NCBI RefSeq assembly: GCF_964194155.1 | Contig: NC_135882.1 | Span: 2,666,001-2,730,000 of the forward strand | Length of the DNA stretch: 64,000 bases | Reading direction: 5' to 3' | Origin: Cetorhinus maximus | Taxonomy: Eukaryota | Shown: positions 12,501 through 24,500 of the stretch, in pieces | Layout of the letters: every line of letters starts with the position of its first letter | Numbering within the stretch: the first letter of the stretch is position 1 | The notes under the pieces: model-generated | The model's input: only the letters and a program-made list of their open reading frames with translations | Databases searched by the model: none | Told to the model about the DNA's origin: nothing | Made by a program: the position numbers and the translations under genes

Positions 12501-15500
12501 CTGGACCCAACCACCACTGAAAACAATGTTCCTATCCACCCAGTCCCATCCCTTCATAATTTTAAACTTCTCTATCAAATCCCCCTTCCCATGAACACAG
12601 TTCCTAGTTTCCCTGACTTGGGGTTGACAATCGGGCCTGGATTTTCCTTTGAACACTGCCTGCCTTTTCTGGATGGTTTGAAGGGCAGAAATGAGATAAA
12701 ACCCAGCCACGAACTCGCTGCCACAATCCTACCTCAAGGAATGGACCATGACCCTCCTCTCGAAGAACCGCTCACCCATTAGCTGCCCCCACACTCCCCC
12801 CCCACCGACCCCCCAGTCTCCCCTCAGCCATCATTTCTATCACCCGATTCTACACCAGCAGGGGCATTTAACCCTCTTAATGAAAGAGGAAAGAAAACGC
12901 AACTCTGGAGGAACAATTACTTTGCACTGGGTTTGTTTACTGAAGGTAATGCAGCAATGACCTGCTCTGGGCCTCTAGCTCAGTGGCTCGGGGATATAAG
13001 GATTCTGTGACCAGCTCAAACATCAAGTCAGGTTCTATAGGGACGTCCCCTCTCACAATGAGCGAGCTAGAATCAAGTCCGAGCTCCTTTAGATGCAGGA
13101 CTGAAACATTAAAACGGAGATGGACGATATTACGGAATCCGTGGGCAGTGAAAGGATGTGGGGGCTGTTGTAAAAAGGAGGAGGGCTGATAAAACAGTGT
13201 GCAGTGATCCTGAGGGAACACTTAAATGATGGGGTGGATTAAATCTTTGCAGGTTTGTATTTTCAGTTATTGATGTGGAATCACTGCTCTGTGTCGAGCC
13301 CAGAGACTTGACTGGCCACAGTAGATGCTTCAATCGAATTAGCCAGATGACATTTTTACAGCCGTTTATTCTTTATCAGGTCTTTTTTTGCCTCCTGATA
13401 CTAGCTAGCAAACAAAACTTTTGCACATTCAACTAACAAAGTATTTTTACAACGTTGCAATAAAACTACAGTAGAAGAAGAAAATAAATCAAGCTAATAG
13501 GTTTTGCTAAGGCATATATCTGTATGAGAAATCTGCTAATATTCCAGAGTGTTCCCCTCTTCTGGCCTCCAGGCAATGATTCTGGCCTGGACTTTGGACT
13601 CTGGACTCAAGTCTGGAGCTACACCTGGTTCCAGTGAGCATTGGATCAGCAATCAGAGGCCTAGTGAGACAAGGCGTAAGATGATGGCCACCAGCAGTTG
13701 TGGGGCCCACCTGGAGCAGGAAGTAGAGGTGGGGCAATGGTCAGGGCTGCCGCTTGAACCCCCCAGGGAAAAGACAAGAAATTTGTCAAAAGTAACATGT
13801 GAATGCAGCCCTCTGAAAGACCCCAACCATTCTTCCCTCAAGCAGACATTGTCTCATTCACCAGAACCCCCCCCCAATCTCTCCAGGTGAAGCGGGATTT
13901 GGGGGTGGGGGTTGGTGGACCAGATGTGTCCCTGGTGGAGCGGGAAGCTGCCATCACCATTTTAACAAAAGGGTGTCCCCTGACCTCACAGACAGGCACA
14001 GTTCAACAGTGGAGGTCCCAGGAGGGGACACCTGAGCCTGTTTCCCAGCAGGCACTCCATCCAAGGCTCACCATGGAGTGTTGGTCCCATAGTCTTTACA
14101 CATTATCCAGCTGAAAGCCTTTGACAATGGAGCACATTGCCCTCACATACACCCCTACTCCTGCTCCTATTTCTCAAGTTCTTATTGGCTATTCTGGGAT
14201 GACATGAGAAAGGATGAATGTACAGCCCATCAAGGAAGTTGAGTTGCAGAACTATTCAGGAGCAAAATGGGAGCAAATGATTAAGGCCTATTTCCTCTGC
14301 ACTGCACTGTGTTTTGGGTGCTACTAGAAGGGAGTAAGGAAACAACATTTGGTTTCTTTGAATTTCCTATCACTGTGGGAACCAAATTAATTTCTTGGAA
14401 TGAATATTCTCTTCTGGGATTTCCATACTGACCGTTTAACTTGAGCTGAATGGCTTCATTTAGTTTCTAACCTGGTATGGGGATGTACCTACATCACATG
14501 AACTACACTGGTTCAAAGAGGCAGCTCACCACCACCTTCTCAAAGACAATTAGGTAATAAATGCCTTGCTTTCCAGCAATGCTCACATCCCATGAACCAA
14601 AATAAATCTAGGGCATGGGTTTCTAGGACATTCTGGATTTGAGGGAAACATCAGCCACTGTTTAAGTTTGAGGTGTCGCACTCTCCGGCTTGTATCCGGT
14701 TAAATTTGCAACATTGTATCAAAATAAACTTGTTACAGGCTGGGATTTCCCGGCCCTGCCGTGGGGATGCAGAGGCCCAGCCGGAAGTCCATCGGCTTTC
14801 GGCACGGCCGTGTGATCCTGGCGGTGGGTGGGGCTGGAAAATCCCGCCCATAGTGATTGGGATTGGAGCCACTTTTTAAATGACTTGGGTAAATGTCTTT
14901 GACCTACAGAATGTGCCTGTGGAGGGGATAGGAAGAAACTGTTTCCAGCGGCTGGGGGCTTGGTAACCAGAGGGATGCCGATTGAAGAGAATCGACAAAA
15001 AAGAACCAGAGGGGGAGAGGAGGATGTTTTTTATACAGCGAGTTGTTGTGATCTGGAAAGCGATGCCCATAGGGATGGTGGGGATAGATTCAGCAGGAAC
15101 TTTCGAAAGGGAATTGGATATGTACTTGATGGGGCCATATTTACAGGGCTATGGAGAACAAGCAGGAGAAGTGGGACTAATTGGACACTCTCCCATAAAC
15201 ATGTTGGGCTGAATGGCCTCCTTTCGTGCTGTATGATTCTATGACTTATTCAAAACTAGACAAAAATATCTCACTTTTGTTACACAAAATACCATTTGTT
15301 TGCTCTTCTAATACCACATTCTTAATCCACAATTAGTGCAGAGAAGTATGTTGTCCTTTGTCCTACCAGGCGATTATTCTTAGAATTATAATGAAACAAA
15401 TCCTGAACCCTGATGAGTTAGTGCAAGACTTAATGCTAAAGAAGATGATGAATGCCAATGAGGACCTCATGAGGCCCTGGAAAGTTGCGCTGGCCTCCAC

Positions 15501-18500
15501 CATCCCAAACAAAGTTCCCCGATGAGACGGTGAGAGTAAGTTCACTTCTCCAGCTGCTCTGAGCTCTGCTCAAAGGGAATGTACATTCTAGCTGTAACGC
15601 TAAGCACCAATGCAGCCTTTCAGCACGACTCCTTCTAGGAGGGTGAGATGATTGAATTTGCCCTATGATGTCCACATTCTCAACTTTGCTTTCAAATCCC
15701 TCCATGACCTTGACTCTCCTTGATCAGTAACCTCCAACAAACCTCAGATCTCTCTTCTCCTCCACCTCTGGCCTCTTGGGCATCCCGATTTTTATTGCTC
15801 CTCCATTGGCGGCCGTGTCTTCAGCTGCCTGGGCACCAGGTTCTGGAATTCCCTCCCTAAACCTCTCCACCTCTCTCCTTCTTTAAGATTCTCCTTAAAA
15901 CCCACCTCTTTGACCAAGCTTTTGGTCGCCTGCTTTAAGCTCACTGGTGGCTCAGTATCAGTTTTTGTCTGAAGGGCGTTGGGACATTTCACCCAGTTAA
16001 AAGCTCTATTTTTTTTCTTTATCCTTTCATGGGATGTGGACATCGTTGGCAAGGGCAGCATTTGTTGCCTGTCCTTAATTGCCCTTGAACTGAGTGTCTT
16101 GCTAGGGCCATTTCAGAGGGCAGTTAAGAGTCAACCACATTGCTGTGGGTCTGGAGTCACATGTAGGCCAGACCGGGTAAGGATGGCAGATTTCCTTCCC
16201 TAAAGGACTATAGTGAACCAGATGGGTTCGTACAACAAAACATGTTAGTAACATGGTCACCATTACTGAGATTAGCTTTACATTCCAGATTTTATTAATT
16301 GAATTTAAAATTCCACCAGCTACCGGGGTGAGATTTGAGCCCTTGTCCTCTGGGCATTAGCCTGGGCCTCTGGATTACTAGTCCAGTGACATTATCACTG
16401 CGCCACCATCTCCCCTAATCAATAAATACAAGTTTGATATTCAATAGTGACTAGAGTCTGTAGCTAAGTGTGATGGAGATATACAAGCAGCTGGTAACTC
16501 CAGCAAATGTGGTATAGCACAATGAGATATGGAATTGCAGCCAGTTAACCGGAGTAAACTACCATTGTCCTTACCTGCATAGGTTTGGAACATACTGAGT
16601 TTATTGAGAGAAGAAACAAAGTAAGTTTTCACACGAGACAAAGACCTACAGTGGGGAAAAATCAGATCAACTTACAAGAAGAAGAAAGCAGGGCTTCTGT
16701 CAAATCTAAACAGTCGAGTTCTATACATTGTGAATTTTAAAATAATTTCAACCTAATGTCTAATGCTATGAAATAGTGCAAATGCTATGCAGTTTTGAAT
16801 ATATTGTTTGAAAAATGAATATTCTTTATGTGCCTATGTAACTTATAAATAATATACAAATATACATGTGTCCATGTCATCATCCCTGCATATTTACTAT
16901 CCTGGAGGTATAATATACCTGGTTGGATAAACGAAACATACGAACCAGACTTCTTTCAGGTCCGTGCTAAAAATTGGAATATTTTTCAAAGTTTCTTTAA
17001 AAATTAAGAAAATTGAAATGTTGAAAATAAAGTTTTATGTTTTGACCACAAATATATGATGATATATATGGAGCATGCGAAAAGCAGGTAACTGGTGCTA
17101 TGTGATTGCAGCTGTATAATAGCACAGGGCCCATTTCTTTTATTCATTCATGAATGGGATGTGGCATCACTGGCAGGACCAGCATTTATTGCCCATTCCC
17201 AGAGGGGATTTGAGAGTCAACCACATTGCTGTGGGTCTGGAGTCATATGTAGGACAGGTAAGGACAGCAGATTTCCTTCCCTAAAGGAAGGATGGGTTTT
17301 TACAACAATCAACAATGGTTTCATGGTCATCATCTGACTTTTAATTCCAGATTTTTATTGAATTCAATTTCCACCATCTGCTATGGTGGGATTTGAACCC
17401 AGGTCTCCACCCTGGATCTCATGACAGTGACAACACCACTATGCCACCACCTCCCCATTGCTATATATGTACCCTGGTACAACTCCACAAGTGGCCCGTG
17501 CAACATAATTACTACCCCATAAACTTTAAACTCACAACCTATTGCTTGCTGTAAATATCTTACCTTCCATGGCCATTGTCCAAAATGAAACTCACATTGT
17601 GGTGACCTGCAATAAACATTTACACGTTGAAAAGCTGTACCAGTTACTGCATTTAGAATGTCATACAGAACATTAAGGAAACACATCTCAACTTTACCAA
17701 CGTAGGTTCCAGTCATTTTGCAAGTCATTGTGCCTCTGTTGCTGTTTGTATAGTCAAGTTTCAAACCGTACCTGCAAGTGTAAAATAAAGTTATTCAATA
17801 ATGATATAAATATTGCCAGTAAAGCTAAAAGCAAAATACTGTGGATGCTGGAAATCTGAAATAAAAATAGAAAACACTAGAAAAACTCAGCAGGTCTGGC
17901 AGCGTCGGTGGAGAGAGAAACACAGTTAACATTTCGAGTCCTTCTGACTCTGAAGAAGCATTTCCTGTTTTTATTTATTAATGTCAGTTAAGCTGCTGCG
18001 TACAATTCATTAATTTAATGGGAGGATTGAATCTATAAAGGAAATCCATTGTTCAGGGACAGAGGTGGGCCTTACAACACGTTGCACCCAGGCTGCCAGA
18101 GAGTTTCTACCAAAGTTCCACTTGAAAGGCTGTTTGTCAAGCACAAAGTTGCAGAACCTGGGTATGGATAAGAAACTGGGGGTGAAATGGTGTTTAGTGA
18201 TGAAGCACAGGTGAAAGTGAACCAACTTGAATGGAAATGAGAATTTGATGGGATATAAAATGAGCTGTTGATTCCAGGTTGATTCCATTTGCTAAGACTA
18301 ATCCATGCCTATCAGCAGAGTAATGAACGGAGTGCCATAGGGAGAATTGCTGCAAATCAATTATATGTGCACAGAAACCTTAATTGGTGACATTTGCAAA
18401 TGGCACCAAACTAGGAGGAGGAGGAGGAACTAGGAACTAGGAGGAGGAACACTGTCTGGAAACTCTTTCGAGTTATCAACAGTCACAGATTGCAACCCTT

Positions 18501-21500
18501 TCGAGTACAATCACAGTTCTTGGTTTCCGGGAGTGGGACATGAACCCACAACCCTCTGATTCAAAGGCGAGGGTGCTATGAACTGAGCCACAGCTGACAT
18601 CAGAGGCAGCAACTCAGGACTTTCAGATTAATTGGACAAAGTATTAAACAAAAGCCCTGTATCACTGAATTGGATACTGCAATGGGAGGAGTTCAGAATC
18701 AGACTGGATGAATTAATTAAAGTAGGACGAATGGAACTCGCTCATCATTAAGGATCTTGCAAAACTCACAATGTATCTGAATCCGGGTGAAGGAGGTCAC
18801 AGAGCATTCCCCCAGCGTAGACTCTAGAATTGAAAAACACATCACATGATTGGTTTCTGTTTGTCACTTTTATTTTCAAGGCTTTTCATTCGAAATTAAT
18901 AAAAAAGACCAGATTTTGAAAAACAGATAGCTGAGTAAATGATGCCACAGTGACCGACATTCGAAGGTCACTAGACCCCCCCAATCCTCAGAGGTCCATA
19001 AAGAAAAGAATAAAAGAGGACTTCTCGAAAAAGATTCAATTCAATGATCATCCTCTGATAGGCTAAAAAGGCTTTCCTTTCTTTAAGTTTAAAAGTACTC
19101 AAGGACAAGAATGACCCAAACATCATTTCCTAAAAAAACAGATTGGCTGGACATTTTCAAATTGCTGTTTGTGGGATCTTGCTGTGCACAAATTGGTTGC
19201 TGTGTTTCCTCCATTACAACAGTGACTACACTTCAAAAATTTTGTCATCGGCAATAAACTGCTTTGAGATGGTTGTGAAAAGTGCTATATCAACGCAAGT
19301 CTTTCTTTCTCTCTTTCCCTCTGTTTCTGTCTTTCTCGTTGTCTCCAAACCGTGACCTCCCATAATCTTGTTTCGTTAACAAGTCCCAGAATTTTGACCC
19401 AGCGGCAATGAAGGTCAGAAGGTTCAAAAACAAAACTGCGAATCATCACTATTCATGTCAATCCAATCGTTTGGCTGAACTACACCCCAAAACCCAGACC
19501 GAGAAGCTGCTTTCGTACAAAACAACATAGGAACGGGAATAACCTACTGAGCTCAACAAATCTGACCCAGGCGACATTGTGTATATGGCTGGGCTGTGCT
19601 CATGCACTCTACTCAAAGGTATGTTTTTACCTCAAAATCCTGGTATTTCTGGAATTGGAGTCAGTTGGTTTGTTACTGCCATAGATATCAGTAAAAATAT
19701 TTCCACGGATGGTAATGAGTTGACCTAGAAACCAAGGGGAAATCAGAAAGAGTGACGGAGAAAACATGGTTAAAGAACGTTTCCACTGAAGCCTCGTACA
19801 CAAAGCTGGAGATCGTCATAACAAGAGCACAGGGGCTATTTTCAAATTCACGGGTTCAAGCCCCATTCTAGAGATTTTGAGCACGTCACCTGTGCTGACA
19901 CTGAGGGAGTGCAGCATTGTTGGAGGTGCTGTTTTCAGATGAGATAATAAATTGCGATCCCATCTCAAGTGGATGTAAAAGATCTCACGGCCACCATTGG
20001 AAGAGTGAAACAAATCGGAGTGGAGGGTGAACCGGCTGGAGTTACAGAGAAGCTAGAAAGTTGGAAACTGCTGGATTTAACACATTGGCCACCTCCATCA
20101 GATTATCAGAGTGTAAAAAGCACAAAGGAGAGAAACCAACTCCGCCAGACAGTGAACAGATCAGAGAAAGACAGAAATAGAAGGGATAATACTGTTCTAA
20201 AATGGAGGGGGGAGGGAAGTGAATTGGAAGATGGCTACAGTGATCATAAATATAAATAGCAGAGAGAGCTGAGGCGTAGTGAGTGTGGAGAAAGGTGAGG
20301 TGGAGTGAGTGTGGAGAGAGGTGAGGTGTAGTGAGTGTGGAGAGAGTTGAGGTGGAGTGACTGTGGAGAGAGTTGAGGTGGAGTGACTGTGGAGAGAGTT
20401 GAGGTGGAGTGAGTGTGGAGAGAGTTGAGGCGGAGTGAGTGTGAAGAGAGTTGAGGTGGAGTGAGTGTGGAGAGAGTTGAGGTGGAGTGAGTGTGGAGAG
20501 AGTTGAGGCAGAGTGAGTGTGGAGAGAGTTGAGGTGGAGTGAGTGTGGAGAGAGTTGAGGCGGAGTGAGTGTGGAGAGAGTTGAGGCGGAGTAAGTGTGG
20601 AGAGAGTTGAGGTGGAGTGACTGTGGAGAGAGTTGAGGTGGAGTGACTGTGGAGAGAGTTGAGGTGGAGTGAGTGTGGAGAGAGTTGAGGTGGAGTGAGT
20701 GTGGAGAGAGTTGAGGCAGAGTGAGTGTGGAGAGAGTTGAGGTGGAGTGAGTGTGGAGAGAGTTGAGGCGGAGTGAGTGCGGGGAGAGAGGTGAGGTGAA
20801 GTGAGTGTGGAGAGAGTTGAGGCGTAGTGAGTGTCGAGAGAGCTGAGGCGCAGTGAGTGTGGAGAGAGTTGAGGTGGAGTGAGTGTGGAGAGAGTTGAGG
20901 CGTAGTGACCGTGGAGAGAGTTGAGGTGGAGTGACTGTGGAGAGAGTTGAGGTGGAGTGAGTGTGGAGAGAGTTGAGGTGGAGTGAGTGTGGAGAGAGTT
21001 GAGGTGGAGTGAGTGTGGAGAGAGTTGAGGGGTAGTGAGTGTGGCGAGAGTTGAGGCGGAGTGAGTGTGGAGAGAGTTGAGGCGGAGTGAGTGTGGAGAG
21101 AGTTGAGGCGGAGTGAGTGTGGAGAGAGTTGAGGTATAGTGAGTGTGGAAAGAGTTGAGGTGGAGTGAGGTTGGAGAGAGCGGAGTCTCTGGCATTGTGT
21201 CAGAATTTCCCCAGTGAGGGAACTGGTTGATGGACGGGTTTCTTGCTCTCGCAGAGTAACTTTGGTGGGAGATCAGTGAGGGACAATCTGTTTCGATTGC
21301 TCTTCTTGCCCTGAAAGTGGAGTGTGAGATCAGGAGAAAGCTGCAGTTAGCAAGGCACCAGTGGCAGGCCCAGACACAATTCCTCTTCAGGCTTAATGAA
21401 CATCTCTGAAACTTCCCTGACCGTTTGAGAATTTGACTTGAATTAAAAAAACACAAAACTGGAAATAAAAATCTGACACCAGCAAAGTAACGATAAAGTT

Positions 21501-24500
21501 GTTGAATTATCCTAAATCCCAACTGGTTCACCAATGTCCGTCAGAGAAGCAAACATTATCGTATAGAACTGCAGGAACAGGAGGAGGCCATTCCATCTTT
21601 CAAGCCTGTTCTGCCATTCAAGGAATGATCATGTCCTGACTCTATCCACTCACTTGTCTTCTGTATCCTTCGATACCCTTGCCTAACAAAAATCTATTAA
21701 TCTCAGATTTGAAATTTCCAAGATTAACAATTTCTTGTGGGAGTGAGTTCCAGATTTCCAATATTCTTTGTGAAAAGATATATGTGGCCCAATTGTCATT
21801 CCAGTCCCACAGCAACATCATTGACACTTAACTAATCTTTGAAGAGTTTTCGGAAGCCCTTAAATAGCATCAGACAGAAGCTGCCTTGCCACCTCTCAGG
21901 TCAAACGGGTGGACAATAAACACACATCCTGAGAATAAACACAAAAACTCCCAGAAGTTTCAACAGTTGGAAAACTCCAAAAGCTGAAAGACTTGTTGTT
22001 AAGGGCATAAAGATTTATTGATGTGAGAAGGATGGAAATACAATGTTGAACCTTGTCTAAGAGGATCAGCAGCCAGTGTTCCGATAAACCATGACTTCCC
22101 ACCTCTTACTCAGCTCCTGCACGATACAAGTTTATCAATCAGTCTGTGTTCCTCTTCCTCCTGTTCACATGCTATTTCAAAGGAAAGATGAACAGGATAT
22201 GTAAGGAGCATGTGTGGCATATTGGGAGAGTTGCTTCTCTGACGCATTGTGAATATATCTAGAATCCAAGACTAAGAATGGTTACAGCACAGAGGGAGGC
22301 CATTTGGCCCACTGTGTCTGTACTGGTCCTCTGCAGGAGCAATTCACCCAGTGCCACTCCCCTGCCCATTCTCCATAGATCTTCATGTTTCCTTTTCAGA
22401 AAATGATCCAGTTCACTTTTGATTGACTCTGTCTCCACCACACTCTCAGACAGTACATTCCAGATCCTAACCACTCAATTTACCTGTCTCCACCACACTC
22501 TCAGACAGTACATTCCAGATCCTAATCACTCGATTAACCTGTCTCCATCACACTCTCAGGCAGCACATTCCAGGTCCTAACTACTTGATTGATCCTGTCT
22601 CCACCACACTCTCAGGCAGTGCATTCCAGATCCTAACCACTTGATTGACCCTGTCTCCTCCACACTCTCAGGCAGTACATTCCAGATCCTAACCACTCGC
22701 TGTGTAAATAAGTTTTTTCTCACATCTCGGTGCTCCCTTTGCCAATCACTTTAAAGCTGTGCCCATGATCCTTTCACCAATGGGAACCATTTCTCCCTAT
22801 CTGTAAGATTGTAAGGAGATGATTTTAGCACAGACCTGGCAATCCAGACACTGGTGAAATCTCATCAATGGTTGGGGTATAGTGGTCTTCTGCCTGGTAA
22901 AAGAAAAGTCATTAATTAACTACTGATGAAATCATGGTCTTTAATTTCAGTTGGAAGGTGGGTGTGTTTTTACACTCTTGCAGCCTCCCTGATTCCCAAA
23001 AATTGGTCTTTTCCTAAACAGAAAAGGTAAGAGTTGTATATGCATGGAATAAAAATCGGGTAGGTTCTATAATCAGGGAATGATTTGCTCCTTCAGGTCA
23101 CAGCTCAGACTGTGAGGGTGAAAATCTACCCCTTCATCTTTCCACGAGAATGGAACTGCTTCTGACCAGTGGCAGGTATCTTTTCACTGAATGGGGGTTT
23201 TAAAAGTCAACAGTCACTACACCTTAAATTTCAATTTATTTTTCACATGTTCCTATCACTGTTTGATTTCTTATTTGGGTTGATGCTTCACATTATATTG
23301 ACCAATCAAGTACATCATAGTATGAGCAGCACACGGAAAGGCTTGGTCTGTGAGTGCTCCTTCATCGAAGGATGCGAGGTTAAAAATGTTGCACTTACAT
23401 TAAAGTTCATCCTGTTGTTGTGATCGATAGGAACCCCGTCTACACTTACTAGAACATGATAGCTGTCTTCTGGCAGAGGTCTAGAACAAGGGAAAACATT
23501 CATTAAATCCAAAGCAACATCTTTTACACGCTGCAGGTTTTTTTTTTATCCTTTCATGGCTAGGCCAGCATTTGTTGCCCTTGAGAACTGAGTGGCTTGC
23601 TAGGCCATTTAAGAGTCAGCCATGTTGTTGTGGATCTGGAGCCAACAAGTAGGCCTTCTCTGAAAGACATTAGAGGTGGGTTTTTATGACAATTGACAAT
23701 GGTTTCAAAGTCCATCTGCCTTGGCAGGATTCAAATCCAGGTCCCCAGAGCATTACCCTGAGTCTCTGGATTACTAGTCTGGATTACTAGATGACAATCC
23801 CACTAAACCACTGCCTCCTCTGTGAATGAAACATCACTCTCAATATTAGACAAAGGCAGCATTTAAAATCCTTTGTTTTGATCAGCTGGGTGTCAGAAGG
23901 ATAGACAATGAATGCTGATCATAGGCAGCAATGCCTATCTGTCTGCCGTCTACCTTTCTCTATGGTTTTCTAACTGGGTGCCAAATTTTCTAACCTTTAG
24001 TAATGCAGTTCCCTATCGATTGCAGGATGAATGTATCGGTACCTGGTGTAGCAAACGATCTGTGTCTGGTGGCTGGAATCTCTCTCTACCTCACAGGGGA
24101 TGGAGCTAGTTTCGGATAGCAGCTGCACGCTGTTGCCTAGCTTTTCACTTGCTGATGTGTAATCAAACTGCTCCCCACCCGAGAATCCTGTGGAGACAGT
24201 CAAAGTATCTCAGAAGCAGCAGGAGAGGGGATTAACAATCAGCTCATAGTGGGAGGCACAGGAATCATCCTTACCCCGTCCTTTAATCGTCAACCTGGTT
24301 GCTCCATTGATGCTGCCATGGCGAGGAGAGATATCCAAAACAACGGGAACAGTTTGGGAAACTGACAAATAAATAAATACATAAATAGTAAAAGATATTG
24401 AAAGATATAGATACTGAAAGCCGAGATAATTAAATAGAGCAGATAGATGGGAACACCGCCACCTGGAAGTTCCCCTCCAAGTCACTCACCATCCTGATTT

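Noticed and set aside
12937-14114. Several 60-113 aa ORFs in PKHD1L1 intron 10
   Set aside because: No recognisable domain or splice context; exons 10 and 11 join in phase without them.
20197-21534. 445-aa mucin-like ORF
   Set aside because: Its 26-aa periodicity is three copies of the 26-bp repeat; intronic, and exons 5 and 6 already join in phase.
22426-22700. CRISPR-like regular repeats
   Set aside because: No unique spacers, no cas genes, eukaryotic context; the unit is CR1-derived.
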